This document shows, piece by piece, positions 8,722-18,904 of a stretch of 64,000 nt of DNA. This DNA is from Candidatus Poribacteria bacterium. Lineage in GTDB: Bacteria; Poribacteria; WGA-4E; PCPOR2b. A program made the translations under genes and the position numbers. Under the pieces are notes generated by a model that saw only the letters and a program-made list of their open reading frames with translations, did not search any database and had not been told where the DNA came from. Positions within the stretch are counted from its first letter, which is position 1. Each line of letters begins with the position of its first letter. Where the stretch lies: contig OZ220744.1 in the NCBI GenBank assembly GCA_965116925.1, forward strand, positions 5,600,001 to 5,664,000. The letters are read 5' to 3'.

Positions 8722-11118
8722 ATGAACGTAAGCATCAAGTGGTTAAAAGAATATGTCGATTTCGATCTATCCCCTGAAGCACTAGCGGAGCGGTTGCTGA
8801 TGCTCGGTATGGAAATCGAATCCATCAAACAACTTGGAGAGGGATTGGATCGGGTGGTTGTCGGCAGAATCAATGCCGTAGATAAGCACCCACAGGCTGA
8901 CAAACTAGTGCTATGCCATGTTGATGTGGGATCGGGTACAGACGCACAAATCGTCTGTGGTGCCCCGAATGCACGCGAGGGGTTAGTTGCTCCTGTTGCG
9001 CTCGTTGGCGCACAATTGCCCAACGGATTGACGATTAAGCGGGCAAAGATCCGGGGTGAGGAATCGCAAGGGATGCTCTGTTCGGAACAAGAGCTGGCAA
9101 TTTCAGATGAGGCATCGGGGTTGATGGAACTCCCCGACGCCACACAAATTGGCGCACCGATTGTCGAAGCTCTCGGTCTGGACGATGTTGTGTTGGAACT
9201 TGAGATCACACCCAATCGCCCGGATTGTCTCAGTATGATCGGGGTCGCTAGGGAAATTAGCGTAACCACGGGAAATCCGCTCAGGCTGCCCGAAGTAAAT
9301 ATCCAACAGGGGCTGACGGATAGCCATGATCTTACCAGCGTAACGATTGAGGCACCAGACCTGTGTCCACGTTACGCAGCGCGAGTTATCCGCGGGGTAA
9401 AAATCGCGCCTTCCCCCGATTGGCTGCAGCGTCAACTTGAAAGTATCGGCGTTGGAACAATTAACAACATCGTTGATATTACAAATTACGTCCTTATGGA
9501 ATACGGACACCCCTTGCACGCTTTCGATTACCATCGACTCACTGAAAACCGGATCGTTGTCCGTCGCGCCAAGCCGGGTGAGAAATTGAAAACAATCGAT
9601 GCAGAAGAACGGGAGCTGACCTCCGACATGCTTGTCATCGCCGATGCGGAGAACCCGGTCGCACTGGCTGGTGTGATGGGTGGATTCGATTCGGAGATTA
9701 CCGATCAGACGGTTGATGTGCTGCTTGAAAGTGCGTACTTCCACCCCCCAAGCATTCGGAAAACATCGAAGGCTTTGGGGATGCACACCGAAGCCTCTCA
9801 CCGATTTGAACGCGGCGCAGATCCTGAAGGCGTTATCCCCGCTCTCAACCGTGCAGCACAACTCATCACGGAAATCGCCGGTGGAGAGATCTGTTCGCGG
9901 ATTGTTGATGTGTATCCGGGTAAGCGAGAAGCTACCGATATTAAATTCCGTCCAGAGCGCGCCAACTTTGTATTGGGAACTGAAATTAATGCGGATAAAA
10001 TGCGTAACATCCTGACCCGCCTTGGCTTTACTGTGTCCAATACGTTTGAAGTTACAGTTCCCACCTTCCGTCCCGATGTGGGGCAGGAGATTGATCTGAT
10101 CGAGGAAATTGCACGTGTACACGGCTTCGATAACATTCCAACCACGCTGCCAAGAGGTGATATCCCTATTCCGCAGGTTGACCCAAAGGAAGATCTGCGT
10201 GAGCGCGTGAAAACATACCTCCTACAATGTGGCATGATGGAAGCGATGAATTACGCATTCTATCATCCGGACGTTTTTGATCGTATCCGCCTTGCGCCGA
10301 CAGATCCACTCCGTCAAGCGGTTCAAATTGCTAATCCATTGAGCGAAGACCAGTCGATTATGCGAACAACCCTGCTTCCTAGCTTGCTCGCAAACGCCCA
10401 GCGTAACCGGAACCATCAGATTAACGATGTGCAATTCTTTGAGTGCAGCAAAGTCTTTATTTCAAATGGAACAGGTGAATACCCAAATGAACCTGAACGT
10501 GTTGCGGGTATCATAGCGGGTAATCTCGGTGCCGGTGTATACGGCGATCCGCTCCGTCCGGCAGACTTCTTCGACATCAAAGGAGTCGTTGAAGGCATGC
10601 TAGACCGATGTGGTATCTTAGATTATACCATCACCCATACCGACCATCCAGCCTTCCATCCCGGACGCCGGGCAGAAATCTGCATTGAAGATAAAGCGTT
10701 GTGCGTCTTCGGTGAAGCCCACCCGGAGGTGCTGGAAACTTACGATCTGCCCCATAAGGCTTATCTGTTTGAGCTCGATTTTGAGAGATTGGTTGGCGTG
10801 GGTGAACCGATAAAACAATTTGAGCCTATCCCAATCTACCCCAGTGTCAATCGGGATCTCGCTATTGTGCTAGATGTGGATACGCCCGCCAACCGTCCGA
10901 CCGAAATCATTAAATCTGCCGGTGGCGAGTTAGTCTCTGGGTTGCATCTGTTCGATGTCTACACAGGCGAACAGGTCCCCGAAGGAAAGAAAAGTTTGGC
11001 ATTCGCAATTGAATATCGCTCGACAACGGAGACGCTTACGGATGAAATCGTCGATCGAGTTCACGGCGGAATTTTGAAACAGTTAGAACGGGAACTGGGG
11101 GCGACACTGCGTAGCTGA
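8722..11118 (+). CDS. pheT: Phenylalanine--tRNA ligase beta subunit
   Basis: QIVCGAPN, ITPNRPDCLS, RFERG, C-terminal anticodon-binding domain. Confidence 0.97.
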   Translation: MNVSIKWLKEYVDFDLSPEALAERLLMLGMEIESIKQLGEGLDRVVVGRINAVDKHPQADKLVLCHVDVGSGTDAQIVCGAPNAREGLVAPVALVGAQLPNGLTIKRAKIRGEESQGMLCSEQELAISDEASGLMELPDATQIGAPIVEALGLDDVVLELEITPNRPDCLSMIGVAREISVTTGNPLRLPEVNIQQGLTDSHDLTSVTIEAPDLCPRYAARVIRGVKIAPSPDWLQRQLESIGVGTINNIVDITNYVLMEYGHPLHAFDYHRLTENRIVVRRAKPGEKLKTIDAEERELTSDMLVIADAENPVALAGVMGGFDSEITDQTVDVLLESAYFHPPSIRKTSKALGMHTEASHRFERGADPEGVIPALNRAAQLITEIAGGEICSRIVDVYPGKREATDIKFRPERANFVLGTEINADKMRNILTRLGFTVSNTFEVTVPTFRPDVGQEIDLIEEIARVHGFDNIPTTLPRGDIPIPQVDPKEDLRERVKTYLLQCGMMEAMNYAFYHPDVFDRIRLAPTDPLRQAVQIANPLSEDQSIMRTTLLPSLLANAQRNRNHQINDVQFFECSKVFISNGTGEYPNEPERVAGIIAGNLGAGVYGDPLRPADFFDIKGVVEGMLDRCGILDYTITHTDHPAFHPGRRAEICIEDKALCVFGEAHPEVLETYDLPHKAYLFELDFERLVGVGEPIKQFEPIPIYPSVNRDLAIVLDVDTPANRPTEIIKSAGGELVSGLHLFDVYTGEQVPEGKKSLAFAIEYRSTTETLTDEIVDRVHGGILKQLERELGATLRS

Positions 11119-11133
11119 GTGGCACGGCAGCGT

Positions 11134-12165
11134 TTACCGGTGCCACCATCTTCTCTTAGATTTGGTTTCCGGCAGGTGGGGTTGGAGGGATTTTTCGGAG
11201 CGTAGGGATTTGAGCAGGTTCGACATTTCCTTATTCCTTTTGTCGGTCTCTAAGACAGTTTCACATATTGCAATGGCGCGTCCCCCAATCGCCGGATCCT
11301 GCGTCGCTTGATAGGCAAGCCCACAGATTGTTGCTGCGGCAGTGTTGTACTCCACCGGCTCAATCCCGCTCGGTAGTTCATCAGGGAGCCAATCAAGAAG
11401 GGCAAGCCCAACCTGCCATTTCTGAGACTTGGCGTCACAAATCAGCTTGTGATACAGCAAATCCGCCAACGAATCATCGAGCCAATACGCTTGCTCATAA
11501 CAAGCAGCCGCTTCGTCATACGCCTCATTAGCAATGTGGAGTTTCGCCAACTCCGTATAGAACGCATATAATCCGTGATCGGTGATGGCGTACACTTCGT
11601 GTTGTGTACTCATCAACCATTCTCCTGCTTCCAGAAATTCGATTGCCGAATTTTTTTCCTCCTCCGTAATAATAATGCCTGTGAGGAGGTGCTTCGCCAC
11701 CGCTGCATTCGGGTAGATTTTGGTACGACTTTTCATCAGGGGATACGCTTGCACCGGTTTGTCCATCTGAAGCAGCTTGAGTCCCGTTGCGATTCGGAAA
11801 AGCGAGACGATTGAATCGCTGTTTTTTCGCGCCCTTTCATCGAAAACCGACGTTTGATTGTCAGCGATGTAGCGATTGAGGGACTCTAATTCCGAGCGGA
11901 TTGTTGGATCGGCAGGCACTATTTCGTGCGCCTTCGCAAGGAACCTTTGGGCGGTGAACAATTCATCCCACTCCCGATAGATCCGTCCCAGTGATCGATT
12001 CGCCTGTGCCAGAAGCGGCGGTGCAACGGCGACAGACGCAATGGTATCCCACGCTTGGATCGCCGTTGAAAGTTCCTTCGGCTCCGTCAGGGCTTGGGCA
12101 TGATCGACAAATCGATCCAACTCTGCTCCGATTTTCGCTCTGTCGAATATGAAAATCTGGTCCAT
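11134..12165 (-). CDS. TPR-like helical hypothetical protein
   Basis: TPR-like helices (AYDEAAACYEQAYWLD); 343-aa ORF. Confidence 0.7.
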   Translation of the reverse strand: MDQIFIFDRAKIGAELDRFVDHAQALTEPKELSTAIQAWDTIASVAVAPPLLAQANRSLGRIYREWDELFTAQRFLAKAHEIVPADPTIRSELESLNRYIADNQTSVFDERARKNSDSIVSLFRIATGLKLLQMDKPVQAYPLMKSRTKIYPNAAVAKHLLTGIIITEEEKNSAIEFLEAGEWLMSTQHEVYAITDHGLYAFYTELAKLHIANEAYDEAAACYEQAYWLDDSLADLLYHKLICDAKSQKWQVGLALLDWLPDELPSGIEPVEYNTAAATICGLAYQATQDPAIGGRAIAICETVLETDKRNKEMSNLLKSLRSEKSLQPHLPETKSKRRWWHR

Positions 12166-12183
12166 TGGTGATCCTCTCAGATC

Positions 12184-12393
12184 TTAGGCTCTAGCGGATA
12201 CCCAATCCTCCGTGTTTTTCTCAAATTCCTCAGCAACTTCATCGGAGATAGTATCCTTGATAACCGTAATCAGATGGTCTCGGAATTTGCCCCAATCTGC
12301 CCCGCGCCCGGTAAAGCGGTATCGGTTGTCGATTTCGACAAACATAGTATCATTCGGTTCGTGATGTGATTCAAAATAGCGATTAACTTTCAT
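12184..12393 (-). CDS. Small hypothetical protein (69 aa, MKVNRYFESHH...)
   Basis: GGAGG SD before ATG 12393; operonic with the downstream gene. Confidence 0.65.
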   Translation of the reverse strand: MKVNRYFESHHEPNDTMFVEIDNRYRFTGRGADWGKFRDHLITVIKDTISDEVAEEFEKNTEDWVSARA

Positions 12394-12477
12394 AACTTCC
12401 TCCAGAAAAAGAAAGGGAACAAGTGAGAAAAGACAAGAGACAATTACACGTTTTCGACCTTGCACACTTTCTGTTTT

Positions 12478-12569
12478 GACTCATGTTAAGAAATAGTGCA
12501 ACAGAACCCGAGTTTTGCCGAAAAAACTCGGGTTCTCTTCGTGCTTTGCACCTTCTTTTTATATGAGCC
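12478..12569. mobile_element. MITE family A copy, 8-bp TSD TCTGTTTT
   Basis: TIRs GACTCATGTTAAG/TTTTATATGAGCC; cargo palindrome AACCCGAGTTTT..AAAACTCGGGTT. Confidence 0.85.
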
Positions 12570-12622
12570 TCTGTTTTTACTCGTTTTCACGTTTTCACGT
12601 CTTCCCGTTCTCATCTGTACCT

Positions 12623-13312
12623 CTATTTGCTGCCGATCGTCCACTCACTAATCTCCCATCCAGATTCTATTGCGACCTGTCGTAACCCTTTGCTCGGATT
12701 GACGACGATTGGGTTGCCAACGCATTGTAGCATGGGCAGATCTGCACGGCTATCGCCATAGGCATAGCTTGCGGCGAGGTCAACGTTATACCGTTCGACA
12801 ACAGTCTGGATAGCGCGGACCTTCTCCTCTTCGCTCAAAGGCAGCGTTGTCAATTCCCCCGTAAATTTTCCGTGTGTCTCCTCAAGTTGCACAGTCAACG
12901 CAGCGTCTGCTTGGACATAGTCGGCAAGGGGTTGGATGATAAAATCAAGAGAGCCAGTCACAAGCACAATCAGATCGCCCCGGCTTTGGTGTTCCCGAAT
13001 ACAATCTAAGGCGGCGGGAAAGAGTTTTGGGCGCACATAAGTCTCAAACTGCTCGACAGCGAGCTGCTTGACACTTTCCGCATTTAATCCTCGATAGTTA
13101 CGATAGAAAACTCGGTTGAATCTCGTGCGACTCACTTTATCTAGAAAAAAGTAGTAGACAACTTTCAACGCGAACCAAGCAAGCCAGAAGGGGCGTAGAA
13201 AGGGAGGAAGCAGGTGGGAACGGAATTGGACGTAATAGTGGACAATAGTCGTGCTCACGATGGTGCCATCAACATCAAAAAAGGCAGCCGTTTTTTTTTC
13301 TTCCGCTGACAT
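12623..13312 (-). CDS. HAD-IB family phosphatase (SerB-like), coupled to the ElbD-like gene
   Basis: AFFDVDGT, VTGS, YAYGDSxxDLPML, VNP motifs. Confidence 0.9.
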   Translation of the reverse strand: MSAEEKKTAAFFDVDGTIVSTTIVHYYVQFRSHLLPPFLRPFWLAWFALKVVYYFFLDKVSRTRFNRVFYRNYRGLNAESVKQLAVEQFETYVRPKLFPAALDCIREHQSRGDLIVLVTGSLDFIIQPLADYVQADAALTVQLEETHGKFTGELTTLPLSEEEKVRAIQTVVERYNVDLAASYAYGDSRADLPMLQCVGNPIVVNPSKGLRQVAIESGWEISEWTIGSK

Positions 13313-13313
13313 C

Positions 13314-16300
13314 TTACGCCTCACGATTTACATGATCCGCTCGCAATGATTCAATCTCAGCCCTGACGGCGTCGGCAAGTTTTCTGTAAGTTTCCTGTTC
13401 TAGTCCTGAAGCGGCGTCCGTCTTCCCTATTTCGTGTCCGCTAGATGGCATGATAGGCTTACCAAAAGTCACCCGAATGCGGCTCTTACGCGGCAGATTT
13501 CTGCCCTTAGGCAGCGCATGGTAGGTGCCGTTAATATAAGTGGGGATGATCGGGGATCCAGATTCATAAGCCAACAAGCCGAGTCCGGGTTTGAACGGTT
13601 GAAGCTCCCCGGTGACAGAGCGGGTGCCTTCGGGATAAATCAGCAGGCACTCGTTCTGTTTCAGTACCTCTTGTGAGATTCGGAGTCCCTGCAAGAAATT
13701 AGCATGCCGATCGAACGGCACGAATTTGAGCAGTTCACCAGAAAACCACGATTTGAAACGGGTGCTAAACCAGTAGTCTTTTGCAGCGAGAACTCTCAAG
13801 CGTTTGGATTCGTCACCTAAAACAGTCATGACCGCGAGCGTATCGAGGTGACTTGAATGATTGGCGGCGATGATATACGGCTGTTCGCGCGGAAGGTTTT
13901 CCAGTCCATTACACTTAATCGAGAAGTAACACTTATAAATCGCCCACACACCGAATCGGAATAGCCCCGCTAGTGTAGCAGATATAAGTGAGGATTCAGG
14001 TCGCACAATATAGGCAGATGTTTCTTCATCAATGGGAGGCGGTGCGGAATCAGATTGCAACGTCTTGACTGTTTCCGTTACGTCACCAACCGTCTGGATT
14101 TTGGCAATCAACTCATCGGGAATTGAGCGTTGCAGTCTAGACTCCAGCAGAAGCAGCAATTCCACCCGCGCCATTGAATCCAGTCCGAGTTCTGTCCCCA
14201 AATTGCTGTTTAACTGGATCTGATCCGCTGGCAGACGCGCCAAACGGCTGAGTTCAGAAATAATAACCCCCTCGACTCCCGCAGGTGTATCAGTAGCCAC
14301 CGTTGACTTCAAGGTATCCTCGTTTCCATCGGTAGCCAGAGTATCTTTGACAGGATCGGGCTGCGGAGTCACCTGTGCTTGTCGAGAGAGTTGCTCTTGC
14401 AAGACCTCTTTAACACGTCGGCGATTTACTGCTGCGTCCGATGTCTTGGGCAATTCAGTATCCCAAAAGTGCACTGTTTGGAGGTGTTGATACGTCGGCA
14501 AATCTTGGGCGCGTTCCTGAATGTGTTGATGGATGGCTTTCTCAACCTCAGTCCTATCCCGATTATCATCATGAACTGGAACGATGATGGCATGAGCCGC
14601 TTCAAACAGATTATCAGTGCTCATGCCAACGACGCAGATCTCTGAGATCAAGGGACTATGTTGGTAGAGTGCTTCAAGCTCGACCGGGTAGATATTTTTA
14701 CCGGCACCGGACACAATCACATTTTTGCTGCGGCCGGCGAGATACAGATAACCCTCTTCATCAAAGTACCCCAAATCGCCTGTATAGAGCAGCCCGTCTC
14801 GAATGACCTGTTCTGTCACGGCTTGGTTTCGATAGTAGCCTTGCATCAGGCTTGGGCTGCTTGCGACGATCTCACCAACACCGTTTTCATCAGGATTGAT
14901 AATCTGAAGTTCTACTCCCTGAACTTCAGGTCCCACTGTCCCCCGCTTGCTTTTGTGGTGAGGGTTTACGCTCAGAACAGGAGAGGCTTCTGTCATGCCA
15001 TAGCCTTGATAAATTGTTAATCCAAACTCCATGAATCGATCGTATACTTCGTCCGGCAATGCAGCACCCCCGCTGACTAGAACGCGGATATGCCCTCCTA
15101 ATGCAGCTTGAATCTCCTTAACAGTTTCTGGGTCGAGCGGTGCTTCCATCGCTTCAGGGGACTGCACGACATAACGTTTAATCGTATCGTACAATAGCTG
15201 GAACAAGCGCGGCACCCCAATAAGCACAGTGGTCTTGGTTTCCCGCATGATCGCCAAAATCGAGGTCGGTCTCAAACTATTGGTGTATGTGATGGTTGTA
15301 CCGGCGTAAATCGACATTAAGAAATTGCAAGAGAACCCTAGCGCGTGGTACAACGGCAGAACTGAAAGGAATCGATCCGTATCTTCGGGAGGCAACGCCT
15401 TTGAGACAGCAACAACGTTCGCAACAAAACCCCTGTGTGAAATCATCGCCCCCCGCGCATCTACAGTAGTGCCCATTGTGAAGATGATCGACGCAACCGT
15501 ATCTGGATGAATATCCACGTCGGGAAAATTATCAGGAACTGCGGGAAGTGACGAGTCCGTAGGCACAGAGGTTTCAGTTTGCTCACATTCACAAGGTTGG
15601 CAGAAACGATTAATATTCAAAAAGTCCAGCGACGCGGATCCTGCGCTTGATTTTATAGGGGTACTGTGTAAACGAGTGAAGCAAGCTTCAGAAGTCAAAA
15701 TTGCCTTCGCTTCAGTGTATTCCGCAAGCGCGAAGATTTCTTCTTCAGCGGTCTGTGGGTCAATTGGAACCACAATCACCCCAATCTGTACAGCGGCTAA
15801 ATAAGCGATACCCCACTCCGGCTGATTTTCAGCAAAAAGGATTGCTCGATCGCCTTTTCGGTAACCCCGTTCCCACAGTGTAAAAGCAACCTGCCGCGAA
15901 ACCTCATAGAGTTGACTATAAGAATAGCGCACCCACTCACCACCCCGTTTCATCTCCAACGCAATTTTATCGGGAATGGATGCTGCCTGTTGGGCGACCA
16001 AATCTATCATTGTCTGATCCTCGATCGGTTTGGAAGATCCATTGATAGATTGCTCCTCGGATTCCTGACGCGCTCTAAATTCTTCTTCGGAAGGGGTATC
16101 CACCGGTAATTCGTCAATACGATTAGGTGTCGGTTCGCTGATTCTCTGACTTCCTGAGTCGTCGCCTAGTTTGAGAAAGTGCCGTTTGATTCCTGGGATA
16201 TGTATTTCTTGGAAATAACGTCGCCAATCAATCCGTGACATGTCAAAGTTGAACTGTTGTTGATCGGCAGGCGAAAGGGAATCGTAGAGTGCTTCTGTCT

Positions 16301-17759
16301 TACCAATTTCAAACTCAAAACTGAGGCGGACATAGGGACCATAAATCTGCACATAGTGTAGTAGGGTTTCAATGGCATTCTTTTTAACTGCGAGGCGGCG
16401 GTCCTTCCGTTTCGCCCATCTCAATGGAATGCGATTGAGCCAACGGCTGGCTGTGTCGAGCAGACGCATTTTATAACGCAAATCGCTCTGAAATTTCGCC
16501 TCATCTGGAAACTTCCACACAGGAACAGAAATCGGCTTGCCGTTATCTAACAACGGTTGTCGCGTAAAGTAGTCGTGAGTGATATTGACGATATCACCAA
16601 AAGTTAGAGGATTGCGCGCTCCACTCGCTACGTGATAGACCTCTATGCCTCGACGGTAATAGGTCTGCACAGTCGCTGCTAAAATAGCGTTGATAACGAA
16701 ATCAGCAGGGATAATATCAAGGATGCTATCCGGGTCGCCGGGAAAATCCGGCAAACGTCCTTTTCCAAAACCGACAATAAGCGGATCCGCCATGCGTAGC
16801 GCACCACCGAGCCACCCCGGCTCCGGATCCTCGAGGCTGCTCTCCATAATCGATTGGCGAATAATTGCCGTCGGCAGATCACCTCGCGTTTTCGCAATCA
16901 TCTGCTCGCCGAGGGCTTTCATATAGGTATAGGTATCGTTCCAACCGCGTGCATGGGCTCGTTTCAAGCCCTCATCAATTAAACGCTGTTCAACCCACTT
17001 CTCCCGTGCGATATCAATCTGGCTGTTCAGTTTCTCCTCTGTATCAGCACCTGAGTTGCGTAGGGCTTCACGCCGGAACCGATCGAGTCTCTCAGGCTGG
17101 TTCGCGTCGATCCTAACCTGTTCGCTCAGTCGTTGGATATCTTCAATCTCGGCATCAAGGGTGCTAGGGATTAATTCCCCCTTTTCTGCTTGATATTGTT
17201 CGGCATAAGTTTCGTACGGTGGATGTAATTCTTCGGGCACCTTTCCCGGTTGAACTCCACGAACATAAGCGGTCGATACATGCAGAAAAATCGCATTGTT
17301 ACAGCTTTTTGCCAGTTCAACCGCGTACTTTGAACCGAACACATTGCTCTGCAAGGACGCATCGATCGGTGGGTCGAATTTGACGAGACCGCCGCTGTTA
17401 ATGAAGATTTGCACTTCGCGCTGTAATGTTTCGTAGTCGGTATCAGAGAGACCGAGCCGCTCGTAAGCCATATCGCCTTCTACTGCGTAGACCTTTTCAC
17501 GAAGCCACTCCCTCAGCTGTTCCCCATGAATCTGTTTTAGCTTCGCAAAAGCACTTGAAGTAAATACCTCATTTTCTAGCCGATCTGTTGCGGTACGCTT
17601 TTCTCCATTCGCTACAGTCTGACTGCGGATGAGGAGGTAGATTCGCTTCACATCAGGAAGTGCAGTGAGAATTTTCGCCACAAGTGCTTGACCTAGAAAT
17701 CCGGTCGCCCCGGCGATCAATATCACTTTACCATGAAAAAATTCAGGAATTGTCTGCAT
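13314..17759 (-). CDS. elbD: Multidomain fatty acyl reductase - adenylation - ACP - acyltransferase (ElbD-like ether lipid enzyme)
   Basis: GATGFLG/HVSTAYV/YTYMKALGE (reductase), QGYGMTE/TGDLG (AMP-binding), LGLDSM (ACP), ANHSSHLD/YPEGTRS (PlsC); ATG 17759 behind GAAGGA. Confidence 0.85.
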   Translation of the reverse strand: MQTIPEFFHGKVILIAGATGFLGQALVAKILTALPDVKRIYLLIRSQTVANGEKRTATDRLENEVFTSSAFAKLKQIHGEQLREWLREKVYAVEGDMAYERLGLSDTDYETLQREVQIFINSGGLVKFDPPIDASLQSNVFGSKYAVELAKSCNNAIFLHVSTAYVRGVQPGKVPEELHPPYETYAEQYQAEKGELIPSTLDAEIEDIQRLSEQVRIDANQPERLDRFRREALRNSGADTEEKLNSQIDIAREKWVEQRLIDEGLKRAHARGWNDTYTYMKALGEQMIAKTRGDLPTAIIRQSIMESSLEDPEPGWLGGALRMADPLIVGFGKGRLPDFPGDPDSILDIIPADFVINAILAATVQTYYRRGIEVYHVASGARNPLTFGDIVNITHDYFTRQPLLDNGKPISVPVWKFPDEAKFQSDLRYKMRLLDTASRWLNRIPLRWAKRKDRRLAVKKNAIETLLHYVQIYGPYVRLSFEFEIGKTEALYDSLSPADQQQFNFDMSRIDWRRYFQEIHIPGIKRHFLKLGDDSGSQRISEPTPNRIDELPVDTPSEEEFRARQESEEQSINGSSKPIEDQTMIDLVAQQAASIPDKIALEMKRGGEWVRYSYSQLYEVSRQVAFTLWERGYRKGDRAILFAENQPEWGIAYLAAVQIGVIVVPIDPQTAEEEIFALAEYTEAKAILTSEACFTRLHSTPIKSSAGSASLDFLNINRFCQPCECEQTETSVPTDSSLPAVPDNFPDVDIHPDTVASIIFTMGTTVDARGAMISHRGFVANVVAVSKALPPEDTDRFLSVLPLYHALGFSCNFLMSIYAGTTITYTNSLRPTSILAIMRETKTTVLIGVPRLFQLLYDTIKRYVVQSPEAMEAPLDPETVKEIQAALGGHIRVLVSGGAALPDEVYDRFMEFGLTIYQGYGMTEASPVLSVNPHHKSKRGTVGPEVQGVELQIINPDENGVGEIVASSPSLMQGYYRNQAVTEQVIRDGLLYTGDLGYFDEEGYLYLAGRSKNVIVSGAGKNIYPVELEALYQHSPLISEICVVGMSTDNLFEAAHAIIVPVHDDNRDRTEVEKAIHQHIQERAQDLPTYQHLQTVHFWDTELPKTSDAAVNRRRVKEVLQEQLSRQAQVTPQPDPVKDTLATDGNEDTLKSTVATDTPAGVEGVIISELSRLARLPADQIQLNSNLGTELGLDSMARVELLLLLESRLQRSIPDELIAKIQTVGDVTETVKTLQSDSAPPPIDEETSAYIVRPESSLISATLAGLFRFGVWAIYKCYFSIKCNGLENLPREQPYIIAANHSSHLDTLAVMTVLGDESKRLRVLAAKDYWFSTRFKSWFSGELLKFVPFDRHANFLQGLRISQEVLKQNECLLIYPEGTRSVTGELQPFKPGLGLLAYESGSPIIPTYINGTYHALPKGRNLPRKSRIRVTFGKPIMPSSGHEIGKTDAASGLEQETYRKLADAVRAEIESLRADHVNREA

Positions 17760-17872
17760 GTTATCCTTCATATTCAGCCAAATTAACGATGAGATTCGGC
17801 ACCATAGGCGTACCAGCATACTTATACAGTTTGGGATAAGCCGCTGTGTAATCTCATCGCTGAAGATGTTTT

Positions 17873-17902
17873 AGTATAAGGGATTCAACGGCTTTCTGTC
17901 AA
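17873..17902 (-). promoter_or_regulatory. sigma70 promoter TTGACA-18-TATACT
   Basis: Consensus match upstream of the ElbD-like gene. Confidence 0.6.
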
Positions 17903-17975
17903 TAACAAAACGTGAAACGCGATACAAACGATTGCCCCTGTTCAGACTAATCCTATTGCTTAACCATATAGTCAA

Positions 17976-18776
17976 TCAGAAACTAACATATCCACCACAC
18001 ACAGGAATGCACTGCCCCGTCACATAATCCGAGAGATCTGTGACAAGAAACTCAACAACCTTGGCACAATCTTCTGGCATCCCCATGCGGCGCAGCGGGA
18101 TTTGTGGCAACAGTCTTTCGCGTGTTTCAGGGCTATTCCTGCCGCCGGCGATGCCACGGGACGAAAGAATGTAGCCCGGCGCAATGCAGTTCACGTTAAT
18201 TCCGTATGGTCCCAACTCAGCGGCAAGGAGGCGGGTATACTGTACAACCCCTGCCTTAGCAACGCTATACGCCATACCTCCCCCGTTCCAAGCACTCCAT
18301 AAACCCGCCTGTGAACTGACGTTGACAATCCGTCCGTAACTCGCTTTTATCATTGGGGAACTTACTGCCTGACAGCAGAGAATCGCGCTGCTGAGGTTAA
18401 TTTCCATAATATAGTTGTAATATTCCTCTTCAGTGTCCGATGCCATTGAAGATTTTGGTTGACCCAATGCGCCACCGGTGTTATTGACGAGAATATCAAT
18501 TCGCCCTAGTTTATCTACAATCTCGTCAACCATTGCAAAGACAGCATCGCGTTCCGTAACGTCAACTTCAAAGCCGAGTGACCGACGACCGAAATTTTCA
18601 ATCTCCGCCATGACGGTTTCCGCCGTCAATTCTTCGTTATATTCCTTCGCTGCGTCCAGATCAATGTCATTAATGACAACATCTGCTCCCAACTGAGCGA
18701 GGTGGAGCGCGTAAGCCCTACCTAACCCGCGTCCTGAACCGGTAACAAGTGCAACCTGTCCATCTAATTTACCCAT
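17976..18776 (-). CDS. SDR family oxidoreductase
   Basis: TGSGRGLG, NVSS, YSVAK, NCIAPG; ATG 18776 behind AAGGAG. Confidence 0.92.
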   Translation of the reverse strand: MGKLDGQVALVTGSGRGLGRAYALHLAQLGADVVINDIDLDAAKEYNEELTAETVMAEIENFGRRSLGFEVDVTERDAVFAMVDEIVDKLGRIDILVNNTGGALGQPKSSMASDTEEEYYNYIMEINLSSAILCCQAVSSPMIKASYGRIVNVSSQAGLWSAWNGGGMAYSVAKAGVVQYTRLLAAELGPYGINVNCIAPGYILSSRGIAGGRNSPETRERLLPQIPLRRMGMPEDCAKVVEFLVTDLSDYVTGQCIPVCGGYVSF

Positions 18777-18904
18777 CGAAATCTCCTTTTGATAGTAGTA
18801 GGCATACTCCGTATGCCGTAACCCTTGTGCACATCTAGGTGGATAATAGTGCCAAATTCCCAAACACCCAAGCACCAACGGGGCGATATGTGTATAGTAA
18901 TCAA

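Noticed and set aside
9103..10122. 339-aa minus-strand ORF inside pheT
   Set aside because: Antisense shadow of a conserved gene
12583..12605. TTTCACG heptamer runs (also about 105, 17910, 27740, 59675, 63700) as operators
   Set aside because: Mostly at gene 3' ends as short degenerate tandem repeats; no positional link to promoters
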